A DNA stretch of 64,000 nt from a virus (Duplodnaviria; Caudoviricetes). The number at the start of each line of letters is the position of its first letter. The first letter of the stretch is position 1. The translations under genes and the position numbers were made by a program. Where the stretch lies: positions 32,001-96,000 of the IMG/VR virus record IMGVR_UViG_3300037295_000263. The stretch is one strand, 5' to 3'. The notes below the pieces were generated by a model. The model did no database searches, had not been told where the DNA came from, and saw only the letters and a program-made list of their open reading frames with translations. Shown piece by piece: positions 60,274-64,000 of the stretch.

Positions 60274-60541
60274 AAATTTTTGACCATTGTTTAAGTTTTT
60301 CTTTCTTAGATGCTTTTGCTCTATCTAAGTTGCTTTGCTGAATTACCTCTTGCTCTAATAAAAGGTCAATCATTGCCAGCATGTCTCCTAGTTCTTCCTC
60401 TAAATGTTCTAGATTTGTCTTGGATTTATTTAGTTTAAAATTGTCTAATCCAAACCGCCTGCATTTACTAATTGCCTGGATAACTTCTGCACATTCTTCT
60501 TGTAGAATGTCTAAAGTTTCTTGATTAAATGTTTTATTCAT
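60260..60541 (-). CDS. MazG-like NTP pyrophosphohydrolase
   Basis: LQEECAEVIQAISKCRRFG...LEEELGDML (EExxE...EExGD). Confidence 0.75.
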   Translation of the reverse strand: MNKTFNQETLDILQEECAEVIQAISKCRRFGLDNFKLNKSKTNLEHLEEELGDMLAMIDLLLEQEVIQQSNLDRAKASKKEKLKQWSKIYEQN

Positions 60542-61017
60542 AGTTTAGTGTACACGGATCTTTCAATTTGTTCAACCGAAACTCCACTTTTCCTTAAAAA
60601 TTCTATTCCTTCTTGGCTGCGATAATCATTGCTGTAGAATACACGTTTAATGCCGGATTGTGATATTAATTTAGCACAATCGATACACGGACTATGTGTT
60701 ATAAACATATCTGCATCCTGCGCACTAATTGTTGATTTAGCAATCTTGCTAATTGCATTAGATTCTGCATGCAGCACTTCCGGCTTCGTCTTTAATTCAA
60801 CAGTTCGCATCATATTAATTACTTCGCTATATACTGTTTCGAATTCGGCAATCACGTCTTCGCAGTTATTATCCCATCCACTCGGAGTACCATTATATCC
60901 GTAAGTCACTACATCGTCTTTAACAATAACTGCACCGACTTTCAGTCTTCGAGCGTAGCTAAGATCAGCTATTCTATGTGCTATATCCATATATGCCAGT
61001 ACAAATTTTTGCTTCAT
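60538..61017 (-). CDS. dCMP deaminase
   Basis: KVGAVIVK, GYNGTP, HAESNA and SPCIDC zinc motifs. Confidence 0.9.
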   Translation of the reverse strand: MKQKFVLAYMDIAHRIADLSYARRLKVGAVIVKDDVVTYGYNGTPSGWDNNCEDVIAEFETVYSEVINMMRTVELKTKPEVLHAESNAISKIAKSTISAQDADMFITHSPCIDCAKLISQSGIKRVFYSNDYRSQEGIEFLRKSGVSVEQIERSVYTKL

Positions 61018-61238
61018 TATTTTTGATACTCTTTAGATTCTTTAGGAAGGCTATCGTGTTTTACTGTAAATTCTAAGCCCGCCATTTTGCCAATGTACGC
61101 ATTATTTTTATAAAACATGCTAACCTTGACGGTGTTGACTGCTACTTCTAATAGCTTTAATGGCTTGTAATTTAAAACATATCCGTCGACGGATTGTCCG
61201 TTATCAGTGCAATGCACTTGTACTTTTGCATCTATCAT
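61017..61238 (-). CDS. Hypothetical protein
   Basis: TAATG overlaps on both sides. Confidence 0.65.
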   Translation of the reverse strand: MIDAKVQVHCTDNGQSVDGYVLNYKPLKLLEVAVNTVKVSMFYKNNAYIGKMAGLEFTVKHDSLPKESKEYQK

Positions 61239-61975
61239 TAATATACTCCTTTTCCGACAGCAGATTGCTGTAGTTTAATGTTATCGAAAAACTCTTTCTT
61301 TGTAGCTGAGTCATTTTTAAATGCTCCTCTCAGAATAGTAGTTTGTGTTAATGAGCTTGTAGCCATAATTCCTCGATTTGTACAACATCCGTGTTCTGCT
61401 CCTATATGCACGCCGACATCGCTGGATCCAGTACAGCGCATAATTTCACGAGCGATATCCATAGCTAATTCTTCTTGTAGTGTTCCTCTGCGCGAACACC
61501 ATTGCGCTAGCCGAGAATATTTACTGAGACCGATCAGTGTATCGGCCGCAAGGATCCCAATGTATGCAACACCAGTTACTGGTTGATGATGGTGACTGCA
61601 TATACTTTTTAGTTCGCTACGCACTACCAACATGCCTTCATATCTGTCTATTGTATTATTAGGAAAGGCTGTTGCGTCTGGTGCTGGATCATAACGACCA
61701 GCCATAATTTCGTTAAAATACATTTTTGCCAATCGCCGTGCAGTACCTTTTGAATTAGGGTCGTTTTCGCGGTCAATTAAAAGTGCATCCAATACACCTT
61801 CGAACGCTTTTGCAGCATCATCGATTAATATTTCTTTATCTTCGGCATTAATATACTCGCTGATGTTATCTCCTGCCCAGAATCTTTTACCATCTCGCTG
61901 CATAGCCATTCGAATTGCGCCACCGAGATACGATTCTGTGTATCCGTTGTTGTCTAGATCTTTGCTGATATCCAA
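61238..61975 (-). CDS. folE: GTP cyclohydrolase I
   Basis: TARRLAKMY, SICSHHHQP, GLSKYSRL, LQEELA, HGCCTNRG; TTG start with GGAG RBS. Confidence 0.9.
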   Translation of the reverse strand: MDISKDLDNNGYTESYLGGAIRMAMQRDGKRFWAGDNISEYINAEDKEILIDDAAKAFEGVLDALLIDRENDPNSKGTARRLAKMYFNEIMAGRYDPAPDATAFPNNTIDRYEGMLVVRSELKSICSHHHQPVTGVAYIGILAADTLIGLSKYSRLAQWCSRRGTLQEELAMDIAREIMRCTGSSDVGVHIGAEHGCCTNRGIMATSSLTQTTILRGAFKNDSATKKEFFDNIKLQQSAVGKGVY

Positions 61976-62012
61976 TTATTATTCTCCGAGTTTATTTTGG
62001 GTCTAACTTTAT

Positions 62013-62041
62013 AGTATATAACTTTATTTCGGGGAGGTCAA
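62013..62041 (-). promoter_or_regulatory. sigma70-type promoter upstream of folE
   Basis: TTGACC (62041-62036), 17-nt spacer, TATACT (62018-62013). Confidence 0.6.
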
Positions 62042-62824
62042 GTATAGTAACATATTTTTCTTTATTGCAGACTCCAATACGCTCAACTCAACTCCTGCAC
62101 TATTTGCATACTGACAAAATGCTGAAGTATCTTTCGGAAAACATGCTCCTGCAAATCCAAAGTTTCCATCTGGGCCAGGAACTGACATGTGCGAAGTTCC
62201 AATTCTGTCGTCGTGTGAAATCATGAATTTTATTTTTTCGTAATCTAAATTTGCAGATTTCGCTAGACTATATAATTCATTCATGAAAACCACTTTAGTT
62301 GCAAGGAAAGAGTTTACTGCATATTTAGAAAATGCAGCTTCTCCGATCGAGCATTGTAAAACTGATGTCACATGTGGTAATGATTCAAGAATAACTTCTT
62401 TTGCTTCAGTAACATACGCACTAATGTTTCCTCCGATAATAGAAAAATCCTGATGCATATAATCCCCAACTGCGTTAGCTGATGTCAGGAACTCAGGACA
62501 ATGCACAAGGTTTGGGTATGCTAAACTTAATTCTTCGTATTTTGAAGGCGGAGCAGTAGTTTTGCTAATAATCACTCCTTTGTATTCTTTTAAATTCTCT
62601 AAAACACTTTCTAGTATTGTTGTATTGCATGTTAAATCGATGTTCATTGGGCTAGGCACACAAACAAAAATTGCCCGACAATCCATTAAATCTTTGTAGG
62701 TGCCTGTTGATTTTTTTGGATCAATATCAACAATAACAGTGCTGGTAACTTTAAATTCGAATGACATTTTAACAGCATTTCCTACAAAGCCCTTGCCAAT
62801 AATACCAATTTTTTCAGTTATCAT
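62024..62824 (-). CDS. Short UDP-glucose/GDP-mannose dehydrogenase family protein (no C-terminal domain)
   Basis: GKGFVG, FVCVPSP, HCPEFL, KYAVNSF, GACFPKD; only 266 aa. Confidence 0.8.
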   Translation of the reverse strand: MITEKIGIIGKGFVGNAVKMSFEFKVTSTVIVDIDPKKSTGTYKDLMDCRAIFVCVPSPMNIDLTCNTTILESVLENLKEYKGVIISKTTAPPSKYEELSLAYPNLVHCPEFLTSANAVGDYMHQDFSIIGGNISAYVTEAKEVILESLPHVTSVLQCSIGEAAFSKYAVNSFLATKVVFMNELYSLAKSANLDYEKIKFMISHDDRIGTSHMSVPGPDGNFGFAGACFPKDTSAFCQYANSAGVELSVLESAIKKNMLLYLTSPK

Positions 62825-63926
62825 TTTTTAATTTTTCCAACATTGTGTTACAGCTAAAAAACTTTTCAGATAACACGATTACTTGTTTATTTAGGCCAAT
62901 TAAGTATGCATCGTAATTGTTCATGTATTGCGTAATTTTATTACATAATTCTTGTCTATGTAATAAGTAGGAATCAAACGATTCAGTCCATTCGCTAGGA
63001 TACTTAAATTCTTCTAGTGCCATTTCGCTATAGCTTAATCTATCAGGCACTAACGGAATAGCCCCTACCAATGCACCTTCATACCAACTTATGCCCAATG
63101 TTTCTTGAAGATTAGCACTGAATACCATTTTTGCTTCGCCTAACAAGTTATGATATTCATTTTTTGTCAATTGCTGATCTTGGCATACTACAAACTCATA
63201 TTGCGGTAACTGTTCTTTTAAGTCACGAAATATTTCAACTTGTTTTTCAGGAGCAATTCTGTGCGGGAATAAAATGAGATCACGCTTGGGCATATTCTTA
63301 TACATTGCCAAAGTGTCTGGCATATATTCCATAGGCCACCCTGTACGAACAATCTTTTCATATACACCACTTAGTACATCATTTAAATCTTCCTCGTACC
63401 AAGGGTTTTCACTAGTTAGTCCATCATTCAATCTTTCTTTAAAAAACAACTTAATGTGAAACTGGGTGGCAAAATAGTTATGATCAAATGCGTGGTAGAA
63501 GCTTTTTTCAGCATGACTTACCCAAGGCTTATTACCCACAATGCGTCCTAGGAAATCTTGAGGATCATATGCTCCTGCATGCCAAAGTCCGTGTGTAGTT
63601 ACAGGAATATCCAACAACTCGCTCATGTACTTTAAGTTGATAATTCCTGGATGCCACGCATCGCTAAAAATAAAATGGTCGCCGGCTGAAATGCGTCCAT
63701 TGCAAAATAGTCTGCCAATTTGCTCAACTTGATTAGCCTTGTATATATTTGTGCCGCCAAAGTTGAGAAAAGCTCCCGGAGTTGTAGCATTAGGTATATC
63801 GGTAGGTCCAGATATGACATGAACTTTGTGTCCTGTTTGTGATAAAAGTTTAGGAAGATGTTCTTTCCACTCGCCAGTATAACGAGTGGAAACATCTTCC
63901 AAATCAACGAGAAACAAATTTCTCAT
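62814..63926 (-). CDS. GT-B fold glycosyltransferase (candidate DNA or nucleotide modifier)
   Basis: DAWHPG, GLWHAG, ILFPHRIAPEKQ, ETLGISWYEG...IPLVPDRLSYSE (GT4-like C-terminal motif). Confidence 0.75.
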   Translation of the reverse strand: MRNLFLVDLEDVSTRYTGEWKEHLPKLLSQTGHKVHVISGPTDIPNATTPGAFLNFGGTNIYKANQVEQIGRLFCNGRISAGDHFIFSDAWHPGIINLKYMSELLDIPVTTHGLWHAGAYDPQDFLGRIVGNKPWVSHAEKSFYHAFDHNYFATQFHIKLFFKERLNDGLTSENPWYEEDLNDVLSGVYEKIVRTGWPMEYMPDTLAMYKNMPKRDLILFPHRIAPEKQVEIFRDLKEQLPQYEFVVCQDQQLTKNEYHNLLGEAKMVFSANLQETLGISWYEGALVGAIPLVPDRLSYSEMALEEFKYPSEWTESFDSYLLHRQELCNKITQYMNNYDAYLIGLNKQVIVLSEKFFSCNTMLEKLKNDN

Positions 63927-63999
63927 TTTTATTCCAATTTCCTCTTGGCTTTCCGTTCCACGGACGCTTCGGACGCTTGCTGTATTGGTAAGCTTTCCA
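63904..63999 (-). CDS. 3' end of an upstream hypothetical gene (enters from the window edge)
   Basis: Open frame WKAYQYSKRPKRPWNGKPRGNWNKNEKFVSR* overlapping the glycosyltransferase start. Confidence 0.4.
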   Translation of the reverse strand, partial: WKAYQYSKRPKRPWNGKPRGNWNKNEKFVSR

Positions 64000-64000
64000 A

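Noticed and set aside
54709-63459. Short + strand ORFs (e.g. 59218-59547, 60025-60294, 61278-61586)
   Set aside because: Antisense to well-supported - strand genes
1-64000. CRISPR or TIGR-like arrays, IS elements, integrase
   Set aside because: No regularly spaced repeat-spacer units, terminal inverted repeats or transposase/integrase motifs seen by eye
1-64000. Stop-codon reassignment as in some jumbo phages
   Set aside because: Code 11 already gives near-complete coding density, including a 4027-aa ORF, with normal stop/start overlaps

Overview
AT-rich, densely coding fragment of a large T4-superfamily-like (jumbo) myophage genome read in the standard genetic code. I saw no host housekeeping genes, tRNAs, rRNAs or CRISPR arrays. 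Layout, left to right: (i) the 5' part of a portal gene and a tape-measure-like gene on the - strand; (ii) a gp26-like baseplate-hub/chaperone gene with an apparent -1 frameshift extension; (iii) a ~550-bp structured non-coding region behind a GIY-YIG nuclease gene, then gp46/gp47 and a gp55-like late sigma factor (- strand); (iv) a + strand baseplate/tail operon (gp53-, gp5-, gp25- and gp6-like genes, a 4027-aa structural protein, four paralogous fibres); (v) a ~13.6-kb sugar-modification cluster (glycosyltransferases, two radical SAM enzymes, an epimerase, SGNH-like proteins, UDP-glucose dehydrogenase); (vi) a - strand block of small hypotheticals, an RNase H/5'-3' exonuclease, QueE, MazG-like protein, dCMP deaminase, FolE, a short UDP-sugar dehydrogenase and a GT-B glycosyltransferase. 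The best leads are the structured RNA candidate next to the GIY-YIG gene, the gp26/gp51-like programmed frameshift, the late glycosylation/radical-SAM cluster and the 7-deazaguanine-plus-glycosyltransferase module. All protein calls come from motifs read by eye and gene context; no database searches were run.
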